Below, one piece after another: positions 27,716-37,653 of a DNA stretch of 64,000 nt. Position 1 is the stretch's first letter; the number at the start of each line of letters is the position of its first letter. The stretch lies in IMG/VR virus record IMGVR_UViG_3300023283_000176. One strand, written 5' to 3'. Under the pieces are notes generated by a model. The model was not told the origin of the DNA. It ran no database searches and saw only the letters and a list, made by a program, of their open reading frames with translations. A program made the translations under genes and the position numbers. This stretch comes from an uncultured virus (IMG/VR IMGVR_UViG_3300023283_000176). Lineage: Duplodnaviria > Heunggongvirae > Uroviricota > Caudoviricetes.

Positions 27716-27904
27716 ATGAAAGACCTCAGAATGCTCAGACCTAAACAACTATGTGAAGTTCTCTCCATTAGTGTTCCCACTCTATACAGATGGGAAGCAG
27801 AAGGTAAAGTGCCAATTGAGAAAGTCCGATTAGGGCCTGGAATTGTTGCTTACCGGCGAACGGATGTCGAGAAATGGATTAATGGTGAATTTGAAATAAA
27901 TTAG
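27716..27904 (+). CDS. xis: AlpA-type excisionase / recombination directionality factor
   Basis: MLRPKQLCEVLSISVPTLYRWE...LGPGIVAYRRTDVEKWI; adjacent to attP2. Confidence 0.85.
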   Translation: MKDLRMLRPKQLCEVLSISVPTLYRWEAEGKVPIEKVRLGPGIVAYRRTDVEKWINGEFEIN

Positions 27905-27949
27905 GTTTTGTTGCCCTATGGTTACCCTAACTATTATATTGGGCATAAA

Positions 27950-27991
27950 CAAAAAAACCCTGTGAGAAGATAAATTGTTGTCTCACAGGGT
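27950..27991 (-). terminator. Terminator downstream of the attP2 tRNA fragment
   Basis: ACCCTGTGAGA...TCTCACAGGGT 11-bp stem; T run on the minus strand. Confidence 0.75.
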
Positions 27992-28000
27992 GTTAGGGTT

Positions 28001-28047
28001 GAGCGGGAAACGGGATTCGAACCCGCGACCCCCACCTTGGCAAGGTC
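28001..28047 (-). other. attP core 2: 3' half of tRNA-Gly(GCC)
   Basis: Reverse complement GACCTTGCCAAGGTGGGGGTCGCGGGTTCGAATCCCGTTTCCCGCTC; no 5' half. Confidence 0.85.
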
Positions 28048-28194
28048 ATAAATGGGGTTATCATTAATTCTAAATTGTGGTTGAAATTGTTGTTTACTCT
28101 TGATTTAGATAGATTTTGGTTTTATTTTATTCTCATTAATTATTGGGTTTTGTTACCCTATGGTTACCCTAAAACAAAAATGAGATACCATATC

Positions 28195-29403
28195 ATGCCA
28201 AAATTAAACTTTACTTATTTACATAAAAAGAAATTAGACGTGCAAAAACAAACTGATTTTTATGATACTGTTACCCCTGGTCTTGGACTCAGAGTTAACC
28301 CCGGTGGAAGTAAAACGTTTTTTTATCGGTATCGTCACAATAATAAAAATCGACGCTATACAATTAATCGTTACACAAGCAATTTTACCGTAACAGACGC
28401 AAGATCCAAAGTAGATGAGCTTCGTAGTAAAGTACGAAATGGTAAAGACCCTGTAGGAGAACAAAAAGCAAAAAAAGAAAAACCAGATTCTATAAATTTT
28501 CAAAAGCTACATGAAATCTACCAAAAAATACACTTGGTTAATTTAAGAGAAAGTACACGCAAGTATCATAATTGGGTAATGTCTTCTAAAATTTTACCTA
28601 TACTTAATGGATACAGTATCAATGAAATCTCAAAGAAGCATATCGTTCGTGTATTGGATAAAATTGCAATAAACGACGATGCACAAACCACAGCCAATAA
28701 AGCTCGATCTCGTCTGCATCATGTGTTCGAATTCGGTATCCAGCGTGGTTATTTGACAATTAATCCCGTCTCAGGCACAAAGCCATACAAAGGTGGCAAT
28801 AATCAACGGGAAAGGTACTATCACCAAGATGAAATTAAAAAGATATGGCAAGCTGTTGAAAACCTGAATGAACCTGTGCAAAGTTATATGAAGATCATCA
28901 TGCTCACAGGACAGAGACGAAGCGAAACACTTTATATGAAATGGGAAGATGTCCATCACATATCAGATAATGATTTTGAGGGTTGGGTATGGGTCATTCC
29001 AAAAGAGTTAGCCAAGTCTAAACGTGAACACACTGTCCCACTCCCACCCACAGCGTTTGAAGTCATTGATGGGTTGAGACAGGACTACAACCCTTATGTG
29101 TTCGCGTCTCGATTCGAGGACGATATTCCAATAGGACTCAAAACTGTGAAACGAGCAGTGAAAAATATCAAAGACAATGCGGTGGTAGATTTCAGATTAC
29201 ATGACATGCGTCGTACAGTGGCGACACAGATGGCAAAACTTGGAACCTCGGCCGATGTGCTTTCAAAAATACTGAATCACACAACCGGGGGGTCAGGTAG
29301 CCTCGTGACACGTATATACAACCGCTATCAATACAGAACAGAAATGTTAACAGCCCTGACTAAATGGGCAGACGTAATTCAACAATTGCGAGACTCGCAA
29401 TAA
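28195..29403 (+). CDS. int: Tyrosine integrase 2, paralog of integrase 1
   Basis: GLGLRVNPGGSKTFFYR; TGQRRSE, HDMRRT, LNH, IYNR; start MPKL chosen by alignment to int1. Confidence 0.95.
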   Translation: MPKLNFTYLHKKKLDVQKQTDFYDTVTPGLGLRVNPGGSKTFFYRYRHNNKNRRYTINRYTSNFTVTDARSKVDELRSKVRNGKDPVGEQKAKKEKPDSINFQKLHEIYQKIHLVNLRESTRKYHNWVMSSKILPILNGYSINEISKKHIVRVLDKIAINDDAQTTANKARSRLHHVFEFGIQRGYLTINPVSGTKPYKGGNNQRERYYHQDEIKKIWQAVENLNEPVQSYMKIIMLTGQRRSETLYMKWEDVHHISDNDFEGWVWVIPKELAKSKREHTVPLPPTAFEVIDGLRQDYNPYVFASRFEDDIPIGLKTVKRAVKNIKDNAVVDFRLHDMRRTVATQMAKLGTSADVLSKILNHTTGGSGSLVTRIYNRYQYRTEMLTALTKWADVIQQLRDSQ

Positions 29404-29427
29404 CTTAAACTAAACCTCTAAACCCCA

Positions 29428-29673
29428 ATGAGACCAAAGAACTATTTTTTGTTAAAAAACGAACATCGTCGAGCACTTAATAATTTAGTTATTCAAACCA
29501 CGTATGAACATCGTAGTGAAATAACAGAAAAAGAATTGTTCACAGACGAATTTGAATGGGTATATAAACCCACCGGCGAAGTAGTTGAACATACATTCCA
29601 TAATCCAAGAAATTACCAAAAAGAAACAAGAAAGATGAAAATTTATAAAGCTAAAGAAAGGAGAAAAATATGA
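29428..29673 (+). CDS. Hypothetical protein
   Basis: Follows the upstream motif. Confidence 0.6.
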   Translation: MRPKNYFLLKNEHRRALNNLVIQTTYEHRSEITEKELFTDEFEWVYKPTGEVVEHTFHNPRNYQKETRKMKIYKAKERRKI

Positions 29674-29781
29674 CATCTAATAAATTAGTGAAGCATATCG
29701 TTCAGTACAACACTGATTATGTAGGAAAAGAACAATTAATAAAAATAGTTTAAATCGCCAGAAAAATTGTAGAAAATAAAG

Positions 29782-29817
29782 CTTGATTTTCTCATAGATT
29801 TTACATACCTTGAAATT
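29782..29817 (+). promoter_or_regulatory. Promoter copy B, ahead of the replication operon
   Basis: TTGATT-17-TACCTT; near-identical to 19817-19852. Confidence 0.65.
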
Positions 29818-29838
29818 ATAACCTCTAAACCCTACAAA

Positions 29839-31611
29839 ATGCAAATTACTCCAAGACCCTACCAAGCGTCTGCTGTGGAGAAATTTATTGATTCATATAA
29901 TCGTGGGATAACCCGACAGTTATTTGAATCGGCTACAGGCACCGGAAAAACATATACTGCCTGTTTCCTGAGAGATCATTTCAAACCCAATAAGCAGACC
30001 GTTTTTTTAGTAGATGAAATAAACCTGGCCTACCAAGCACGAAAATCATTTATGACTGCCGACCCCTCTCTACAAGTCGGTATTGAAATGAATAAATATG
30101 AACATTCTCCTGATAATGATGTAGTAATTACATCTATACCTACAATTGGTAGAGCAGGTAGTAAAAGGATTAAGAAATTCGATCCTGAACGTATTGGTTT
30201 GGTCATTGTGGATGAAGCTCACAAGTCCATCAGTGAAACATGGATACGCTCACTTAACTATTTACAAGTTGGTCCGGATAATTACGACACAGAGAAGCTA
30301 TTATTGGGAATGACCGCGACGCCAAACCGACCCGATGGTAAGCCTCTCTCAATTCTTTTTGATGACGTGACGGAAAGATATGATATCCGTTGGGCATTGA
30401 AAAATGGATGGCTTACTGACTTTGAATTCTATCGTATTAAAACCGATACAGATATTAGTCAAGTCAAAAAAAGAGGTGGGGAATTTGTAAAGAAAGACTT
30501 GGCAGAGAAAGTTGATAACGTTGATCGTAATTTCCAAATATTTAAAGCCTACAAAGAATATTCTGATGGTGAACCGGCCGTTTGTTTTGCAGTAAGTGTT
30601 GACCATGCCAAATATCTTACAGAATTGTTCAATAAGAATGGTGTAAAGTCAGCGGTTATCCATGCCAAAACACCCAAAGTCAAACGTAAAGAATATATTA
30701 AAGGATTTAAAGATGGTACTATCAAAGTTCTCCATAATTATGGTACACTTACAACTGGTTTCGATGCGCCGGACACCACTACAATTATTCTTGGTCGGCC
30801 CATCGGTAGTAATCTACTCTACCAACAGATTATTGGTCGGGGTTTAAGACCCTCAACTGACTCATTTGTAGATCACATGGATGATCCTGATGAACGTAAA
30901 ATGGCAATGAAATTTTCCAAAAAGCCATATTGTAAAATCATTGACTTTCACGATGTAACACAAAATAATGATGTTTGCACTGTCTCATCTTTATTTGGTT
31001 TTAATGTCAATTTACAACCCAAAAAAGGCCAGCGTTTTTATAAAGATGTAGTAGAGAAGTTAGATGAGGTTGAAAAAGAAGAAGGTATTGATGTCAGCAT
31101 GATTACAGATCTGGACAATATCGAACTTCATGTTGAACGTAGTAAACCTGAACTAAGTGACGTACTCAACATACCTGATGAAGTTGCATTGCATTCCAAT
31201 AAATCCTGGGTGAAAGTGGGAGATAAATATGAAATTGCATACAGCAAGGACGAAAAAGTTCTCACTATTAAGAAAAATCAATTAGATCAGTTTGAATTGG
31301 GTGAATATGATATGAAAACTAAAATGGAGCACAAACTTAATACATTTGGTTCCCTTTCAGGTGCAATCATCACAGGAGACAAATATGCCGATGAAAATTA
31401 TGATACTACGTATGACAGCACAGTTGGTTATGAAGATGATGGTGTGACTCGAAAACAATTTAAATACATCACTCAATTTCTTGCCAAAAAAGGTTTGGTC
31501 GTGCATGATGAAAGATATGAAGATACAGGTGTGCGAAAACTCACTTTCAATGACGAATTGTTGACTAAAGGTAAGGCTTCAAGACTATTAGATAGGTTAT
31601 TCAACGCATGA
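29839..31611 (+). CDS. Superfamily II (DEAH) helicase
   Basis: ATGTGKT, VDEAH, MTATP, TTGFDAP, QIIGRGLR. Confidence 0.95.
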   Translation: MQITPRPYQASAVEKFIDSYNRGITRQLFESATGTGKTYTACFLRDHFKPNKQTVFLVDEINLAYQARKSFMTADPSLQVGIEMNKYEHSPDNDVVITSIPTIGRAGSKRIKKFDPERIGLVIVDEAHKSISETWIRSLNYLQVGPDNYDTEKLLLGMTATPNRPDGKPLSILFDDVTERYDIRWALKNGWLTDFEFYRIKTDTDISQVKKRGGEFVKKDLAEKVDNVDRNFQIFKAYKEYSDGEPAVCFAVSVDHAKYLTELFNKNGVKSAVIHAKTPKVKRKEYIKGFKDGTIKVLHNYGTLTTGFDAPDTTTIILGRPIGSNLLYQQIIGRGLRPSTDSFVDHMDDPDERKMAMKFSKKPYCKIIDFHDVTQNNDVCTVSSLFGFNVNLQPKKGQRFYKDVVEKLDEVEKEEGIDVSMITDLDNIELHVERSKPELSDVLNIPDEVALHSNKSWVKVGDKYEIAYSKDEKVLTIKKNQLDQFELGEYDMKTKMEHKLNTFGSLSGAIITGDKYADENYDTTYDSTVGYEDDGVTRKQFKYITQFLAKKGLVVHDERYEDTGVRKLTFNDELLTKGKASRLLDRLFNA

Positions 31612-32846
31612 GTAAAATAGAAGAACATTTATTAGAAGGAAAATTTGCGTCCCCACAGGGTTTTAAAAAATACTTTAATCTGCCTGAAAGACGGTTTTTT
31701 CATATAGTAAAAAGAGATTGGTATGAATTAGAAAATCCTCGATTCATGGGTGGTTCTATACATCTGAAATATGAAGATGAGTGGATGTATTATGAAGTTT
31801 GTGACACAAGATATAAAAGAGGTCGGTATTGTGGTAAAAACAATCTCACCGAAGTGGTACATAATCAAGTACATAAACCGGAAAAAGATCAACATATTAG
31901 CACTTTTTCACATTGTTACCGATGGCAGAAACACGTAAGAAACACAAAAAAACTTTCAGGTGTCCAGTCTAAAGTAGAGTCTCCATTAATATGGATTGAA
32001 TTAGACAGAGAATCTCTTGAAAAATCAATTAGTGATGCGTGGTTGATTGCTCGTCGATTTCCTTATCCTGAACACATGAGGTTTTGGTTTTCAGGCAATA
32101 AATCAATCCATATCGGTGTCAATGCTGAATTGTTTGGAAACCCAATTGGATGGGGGCGGGATGTCGCTGGCAGAGGAAAATTGTTTTACAATTTAGCCAC
32201 TAAAATTGCAGGCGATGTTCGTCATAGTAATAAATTAGCAGATCCCTATTTTATATCTGATGAAGAATTGCAAATGTTTTATGAAGGCACGTTTGGAGAA
32301 TTTCTACCAAAGGGACCGAATGGAAAACAAGAGGCAAGGCAACGATTGGAAAATCTTGATCCATCTTTATACTCAGTCAATTCATTAATCCGGATGCCGT
32401 ATTCAATCCATGAAAAAACCGGGAAACAAAAAATTGAAGTGTGTTTAGATGATTTAGCTAAATATAAATTACGACAAATAAAACCCAGGCAATTTCCCAA
32501 AACAAAACCACATCTACTTGAATGGACTTTTGAATGTTATCAAAAGAAAGAAAAACCACAAAGAGAAGTCGATTTAAGTTCTTATGAAAAAAATGTGGTA
32601 GTTCAAATCGTTGGTAAATATTTTGATGGTTTCAACCCACAAGAGGCCAATTCAGATGGATATGTTACTGATTTAAAAAATCCTATGTATAATGATACAC
32701 GAGGTTCTTGTTCAGTGAATATCAACACGGGTTTGATACACGATTTTGGGAACGATCAAGTATTTGATTTACCTGATCTTGTGGGACAAATGGAAAAAAT
32801 TGGACGTAAGAAAGCAAAATACATAATTTCTCAATACGAATCTTAA
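31608..32846 (+). CDS. Archaeo-eukaryotic-type primase
   Basis: IELD, FSGNKSIH, LIRMPYSIHEKTG. Confidence 0.75.
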   Translation: MSKIEEHLLEGKFASPQGFKKYFNLPERRFFHIVKRDWYELENPRFMGGSIHLKYEDEWMYYEVCDTRYKRGRYCGKNNLTEVVHNQVHKPEKDQHISTFSHCYRWQKHVRNTKKLSGVQSKVESPLIWIELDRESLEKSISDAWLIARRFPYPEHMRFWFSGNKSIHIGVNAELFGNPIGWGRDVAGRGKLFYNLATKIAGDVRHSNKLADPYFISDEELQMFYEGTFGEFLPKGPNGKQEARQRLENLDPSLYSVNSLIRMPYSIHEKTGKQKIEVCLDDLAKYKLRQIKPRQFPKTKPHLLEWTFECYQKKEKPQREVDLSSYEKNVVVQIVGKYFDGFNPQEANSDGYVTDLKNPMYNDTRGSCSVNINTGLIHDFGNDQVFDLPDLVGQMEKIGRKKAKYIISQYES

Positions 32847-32866
32847 TAACCTCTAAACCCCATACA

Positions 32867-35149
32867 ATGAGTGAACAACTACTTTATGGTCACAATGACC
32901 AAAAGAACATAGTTGCCATTGAAAGAATGCATGACCAGTCTCTTGTAGAAATTTACACGAGGACAGATGGTAAATTAAAAAAGACAGTAGAAAGGATGCC
33001 TTTATTTGCTTTGGCTCCAAAAAAAATAATAAAGGAAATTGATCAAAACACAGCACGTGTTACGCCACTATTAGGCAACAACTATTACGATACATTAATC
33101 ACCAGTAACAATTCACGTTATCTATATACTTTAAGAAAAGTACTTGACGATTTTAATATGCCCAGCTTTCATCAACAATATTATATCCAAACTGGGAAAA
33201 CACTATTTAAAGGGATGGGTTTTGATGATGTGCGTACTTTATGTTTTGATATAGAGGTGATTACTACAGATGGTTATGAATTTCCAAACGCTCAACGTAA
33301 AGGAGATGAAATCGTAATCATTGCAATGTATGATAATACGGGTTGGTTTAAAGTCCTTTTTCAAGATGAACTAACGAATGAAGAAGGGTTGATTCGAGAA
33401 TTTATTAAACAAATTCATTATAGAGATCCTGATGTTATTGTCAATCATAATATTTTTAATTTTGATCTTACTTATTTGTCAGACAGGTGTAAACTGCATG
33501 ATATTGATTTTCGTATAGGGCGTAATGGTGACGAACCTTATGTATATGAGACCTCAGTCAGATTGGCTGATTCAAATATGTCCTACAACAATTACAATGT
33601 ACACGGTCGGCATATTATTGATACCATGATTTTGGCCCGACAAGCTGATGTGGTCAAAAGAGAATTTAAAAATTATCGTTTAAAATACTTGGCTAAAAAA
33701 ATTGGAATATCTTCAAAATCACGTGTTTATGTAGAGGGTGGAGAGATAACTAATATGTGGCACAATGATCCTGATAAATTAATTACTTATGCCCTGGATG
33801 ATGTGATTGAAGCAATGGGTGTTTACGAACACTTTGCTCAAAGCATCTTTTTTTCCACACAATTTATTCCTATGGGATACCAAGATACGTTCCGTCTTGG
33901 GTCGGGTGGCAAGATTGATAATATGTTTATGCGATATTATATTCATAATCGCTTTTCTTTTCCTGAACCGGAGCCAGAAAGACACATCTCTGGAGGTTAC
34001 GCGGGTGTAGGCAAGTATGGATATACCCCAGACCCTTTAGTGTACGCAGACGTAAAATCTTTGTATCCATCTTTGGCTCGTGGACTTAATATTCAACCCA
34101 AAGCAGATACACTTGGGTATTATCCAAAACTACTAAATCTTTTAACCCAAAAAAGGTACTCTATTAAATCTAACATTAAAAAAACTGACGACCCCAACGA
34201 AAAAGATATGTGGAAATCAATGGATGGGTCTGTAAAAATTCTACTCAACACAATGAGTTATGGATACCTTTCTTGGAATAGGGGCGCTTTTAACGATTAT
34301 GATGAAGCTGAACGTATTACAAAAGGTGGACAAAAAATTCTAAAACAAATGATTTCCACCACGCAGGATAAAGGCGGTGAGGTTATCAAATGGGATACAG
34401 ATGGTATGCTCACTACAATACCAAACACCTTTGATAATGCTGATCAGTATATTGAATGGATCACGGATATTTTTGATGAACACATAATTATTGAAAACGA
34501 TGGTGAATATGATTCTGCAATCATTTTTGATAAGAAGTCTTATGCACTCAAGAAAAAAGATGGCGAAGTAGATGCAAAGGGGCAAACCATACGTGGCCGC
34601 TCCATTGAGCCATTTGGTCGTCATCTGATTTTAAGATGTGTAGAACATATAATGAACGATGAACCCCAAAAAGTTTGGAATGAATATTATGATTTAAAAG
34701 AAATGATCGAAGATCAAACGTTACCAGTACGCTTAATTGCGGTGAGAGGAAACATTAAAGAGAATTTGATTGATTATCAAGAAGGTGTAAAATTGGGTGC
34801 GCAAGACGGTGGCAGGAATCGCTCTGCTGTTTATGAACTCGCTTTACAATCTGATCAATCCTATCAAATAGGTGATTCTATTACGTATTATGTAAAAGAA
34901 CCCCCGGTGGTTTGGATGCATTTTCGTAACAAGAAAGCTAAAAAAACCCTAAAATTAAAGAAGTATGAATCATGTGAATTTGTTGAAAATTACAACGAAG
35001 ATTTAGATGTGAAATACTATTTAGACAGACTGGAAAAACACATGAAAAGATTTTTACCAGTCTTACCTAAAGAACAATTCGCCGAGAACGGCATCAAACT
35101 AAAATCCAAAGACAAAGATAAATTAGCTGAATATGAACTTTCAACTTAG
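32867..35149 (+). CDS. polB: Family B DNA polymerase with 3'-5' exonuclease
   Basis: FDIE, NIFNFDL, YALDD; DVKSLYPS, KILLN..YG, WDTDG. Confidence 0.95.
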   Translation: MSEQLLYGHNDQKNIVAIERMHDQSLVEIYTRTDGKLKKTVERMPLFALAPKKIIKEIDQNTARVTPLLGNNYYDTLITSNNSRYLYTLRKVLDDFNMPSFHQQYYIQTGKTLFKGMGFDDVRTLCFDIEVITTDGYEFPNAQRKGDEIVIIAMYDNTGWFKVLFQDELTNEEGLIREFIKQIHYRDPDVIVNHNIFNFDLTYLSDRCKLHDIDFRIGRNGDEPYVYETSVRLADSNMSYNNYNVHGRHIIDTMILARQADVVKREFKNYRLKYLAKKIGISSKSRVYVEGGEITNMWHNDPDKLITYALDDVIEAMGVYEHFAQSIFFSTQFIPMGYQDTFRLGSGGKIDNMFMRYYIHNRFSFPEPEPERHISGGYAGVGKYGYTPDPLVYADVKSLYPSLARGLNIQPKADTLGYYPKLLNLLTQKRYSIKSNIKKTDDPNEKDMWKSMDGSVKILLNTMSYGYLSWNRGAFNDYDEAERITKGGQKILKQMISTTQDKGGEVIKWDTDGMLTTIPNTFDNADQYIEWITDIFDEHIIIENDGEYDSAIIFDKKSYALKKKDGEVDAKGQTIRGRSIEPFGRHLILRCVEHIMNDEPQKVWNEYYDLKEMIEDQTLPVRLIAVRGNIKENLIDYQEGVKLGAQDGGRNRSAVYELALQSDQSYQIGDSITYYVKEPPVVWMHFRNKKAKKTLKLKKYESCEFVENYNEDLDVKYYLDRLEKHMKRFLPVLPKEQFAENGIKLKSKDKDKLAEYELST

Positions 35150-35483
35150 ACGAGGTACACTCGTAGCAGACCCTGAAATTAAAACAACCCAAAATGGGAA
35201 ACAAATGGCCATCTTTTCCCTTGCGGAAAACCATTCAAAACCTGTCCATGACGAGAAAGGTGATATCGTTGATTGGGAAGAAACAGGAACAAGTTTCTTT
35301 GATTGTATCGCCTTTGGGGAAATGGCTGAGGAAATCAGTTATTTCGAAAAAGGTGAACACATTGAAGTTACCAAAGGATTTTGTCGACAGAATAAATGGG
35401 AAGATCAAGATGGAAACACACGATATGATTATGATTTTATCATAAACGATTTTGAACAATTCATACCCAAATCACAACAATAA
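35133..35483 (+). CDS. ssb: Single-stranded DNA-binding protein
   Basis: GTLVADPEIKTTQNGK...FSLAEN...FFDCIAFG...WEDQDG. Confidence 0.9.
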   Translation: MNFQLRRGTLVADPEIKTTQNGKQMAIFSLAENHSKPVHDEKGDIVDWEETGTSFFDCIAFGEMAEEISYFEKGEHIEVTKGFCRQNKWEDQDGNTRYDYDFIINDFEQFIPKSQQ

Positions 35484-35530
35484 CTACGGAAGTACATAAA
35501 TTATTTTAATAACCTCTAAAACCCCATACA

Positions 35531-36406
35531 ATGACAGAAGAATTAACAATCCCGGTTGTCGAACTTTTTGAAGATGATGACCTTAATGAATTAACAGGTT
35601 TAATCTTTCGTCTTGATGAGGATTACGAAATCACTCGTGATACCATCAAAGAAAAGATGTATGAAGCGTTCCATTTAAAATGGGAAATGGGAAAACAATT
35701 GTGGATATATGAAGAAATTGTCAAAGACCATTTTGATACTTGGGCAGAATTCGCAGAAGCAATTGGTAAAAACCCCTCTCAAATTTCCAGAGCAAAAAAA
35801 GGTTATGAATATCTTTTGGATGCTGGTGCGGAAACATGGGAAGAAGTTTTGGATTTGTTACAGAAAAAACAAATCAGTCCTACCGTTAAAAACTTTGAAG
35901 GGATTGGGCGTTTATTAAATGCGCCTGAGCCTGATCAACAAGAAACCCTACAAGAAAGGGAACCTAAAGATTTAAAAAGGATGCAGGAACTACAAGATGA
36001 AGTAGAAGAAATCCTGGAACGCAATAGCAATAAAACACAACCTGTAAAAGATAGTGAACTTGAATTAGCTGAGGACACACTCAACTATATGAAAGAAGCT
36101 ATCGAGAAAATGAAACGACAGGATATTTACAATGTTGGATTTCAAAGCGAGAGCTACCTTGAATTCATTCGTAATTATGGTCGTGATCTTATAACGGGCA
36201 AAGCCTGTGAAAGGTGTGAACCGCATCACGCTCATCCAGATGGTGGAACCGGGAATTACGCTGAAAAACTGCCTGATTGGACAGCTATACCATTAGACCA
36301 TAAAACGCACAAAGATATAACAGAAGGGAGATTAGAACCCACAGCCGAGCAAATACTACGAGCACAAGTGCAATGCTTGGCCACATTCATCATCACATAC
36401 ACATAA
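35531..36406 (+). CDS. HTH protein with a C-terminal DUF968/HNH-like domain
   Basis: TWAEFAEAIGKNPSQISRAK HTH; EPHH...GGTG..KLPDWTAIPL...H. Confidence 0.55.
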   Translation: MTEELTIPVVELFEDDDLNELTGLIFRLDEDYEITRDTIKEKMYEAFHLKWEMGKQLWIYEEIVKDHFDTWAEFAEAIGKNPSQISRAKKGYEYLLDAGAETWEEVLDLLQKKQISPTVKNFEGIGRLLNAPEPDQQETLQEREPKDLKRMQELQDEVEEILERNSNKTQPVKDSELELAEDTLNYMKEAIEKMKRQDIYNVGFQSESYLEFIRNYGRDLITGKACERCEPHHAHPDGGTGNYAEKLPDWTAIPLDHKTHKDITEGRLEPTAEQILRAQVQCLATFIITYT

Positions 36407-36456
36407 ATTAATTGCCACCTCGATAAAGGGGTGGCTTAACCTCTAAACCCCATACA

Positions 36457-37356
36457 ATGAAAACAAACGAAATCGTAGCAGGTGGTAAATACACACCAAA
36501 AATGATCATACCAAGCGGAAGCCTTATGTTAGATCGTGTTCTTAATAAAGGTGGATATCCTACTGGTTCTATGATCCACTATTACAGTGGACAAGAGGGT
36601 GCTTTTAAAACAGCATTGTCTTTAATGGGATTAATGAATATGCAAGCTGAGGGTGAGCGTGTTGGTTTTGTAGATGCTGAAAATTCACTTGATGTTGAAT
36701 GGGCACAAAACATTGGTATAGATATCAACGAAGATCGTTGGGTGTATTCAATGCCCACATCAGGCGAAATTGCCTTAGAACACGTCGAACAAATGATCAT
36801 AGAACATGAATGTAAAGCAATTGTGTTAGACTCAATTGATGCGTGCCAACCTGCCAAATACCAGGAAAGTGAATACGGAGAATCGAGTATGATGATCCAC
36901 GCAAAACTGATCAACAAATTCGCACGTCGTATTATAGGACTCTGTAAAGATCACGATGCCATAGTATTCGTCATCAATCAAATGAGAACAGCAGGTGGAT
37001 CAGGTATGACCTACAACAAGCCATCAGGCGGTAAAGGCCTGCCATTTTACTCTACCATTAACATTGAAATGAGAAGAAGTAAAAGTCCATCCAATCTCAT
37101 AGGTGTAAGAAACATACCTTTAACCATTAATATAAAACGTAGTAAACTCGGTCGTTCATTTCTTGAAGTTGAAACCTTTGGTACACAAGGTAGAGCTATT
37201 GACAATGAATTAGAACTGGTCACATTAGCTCAGGAAAAAAATATCATCACTCGCGCAGGTAGTTGGTTTAAAGCTGGCGATGAAACCATTGGCCAAACCC
37301 TGGAATCGGCAAAAGAATGGGCATTACAACATCAACCAAAAATCATGGAAGAATGA
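36457..37356 (+). CDS. recA: RecA/UvsX-like recombinase
   Basis: IPSGSLMLDRVL..GGYP, FVDAENSLD, IVLDSI, VINQMR, GGKGLPFYS, AGSWF. Confidence 0.9.
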   Translation: MKTNEIVAGGKYTPKMIIPSGSLMLDRVLNKGGYPTGSMIHYYSGQEGAFKTALSLMGLMNMQAEGERVGFVDAENSLDVEWAQNIGIDINEDRWVYSMPTSGEIALEHVEQMIIEHECKAIVLDSIDACQPAKYQESEYGESSMMIHAKLINKFARRIIGLCKDHDAIVFVINQMRTAGGSGMTYNKPSGGKGLPFYSTINIEMRRSKSPSNLIGVRNIPLTINIKRSKLGRSFLEVETFGTQGRAIDNELELVTLAQEKNIITRAGSWFKAGDETIGQTLESAKEWALQHQPKIMEE

Positions 37357-37643
37357 CATTATTTAAACTGAAACATAAAAAGACAGGCAAAACATATATT
37401 GGAACCACATTCAACACAATAGCCGAAGAAATTGATAAAATTATATCTAATGAAAAGATATGTCCTGAATTGGCGGCAGATATTAAAAATAGTGGGTTAA
37501 GTAGATTTAAAAGTCAAAAAATAACCAGTAGTGAATCAGGAGTTAAAATCGCAAAACTCGAAAAAGTACACATTAATATGTTAAAAAAGAGAGATATGTG
37601 CTATAACGATGAACCCATCCTTTGCAAATTTTATAATCTCTAA
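37353..37643 (+). CDS. Small GIY-YIG-like protein
   Basis: TLFKLKHKKTGKTYIGTT...E...YN. Confidence 0.5.
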   Translation: MTLFKLKHKKTGKTYIGTTFNTIAEEIDKIISNEKICPELAADIKNSGLSRFKSQKITSSESGVKIAKLEKVHINMLKKRDMCYNDEPILCKFYNL

Positions 37644-37653
37644 ATTCCAAACA

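Larger units (their letters stand above)
27904..28172. repeat. 27-bp direct repeats (arm-type sites) flanking attP2
   Basis: GGTTTTGTTRCCCTATGGTTACCCTAA at 27904-27930 and 28146-28172, one mismatch. Confidence 0.8.
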
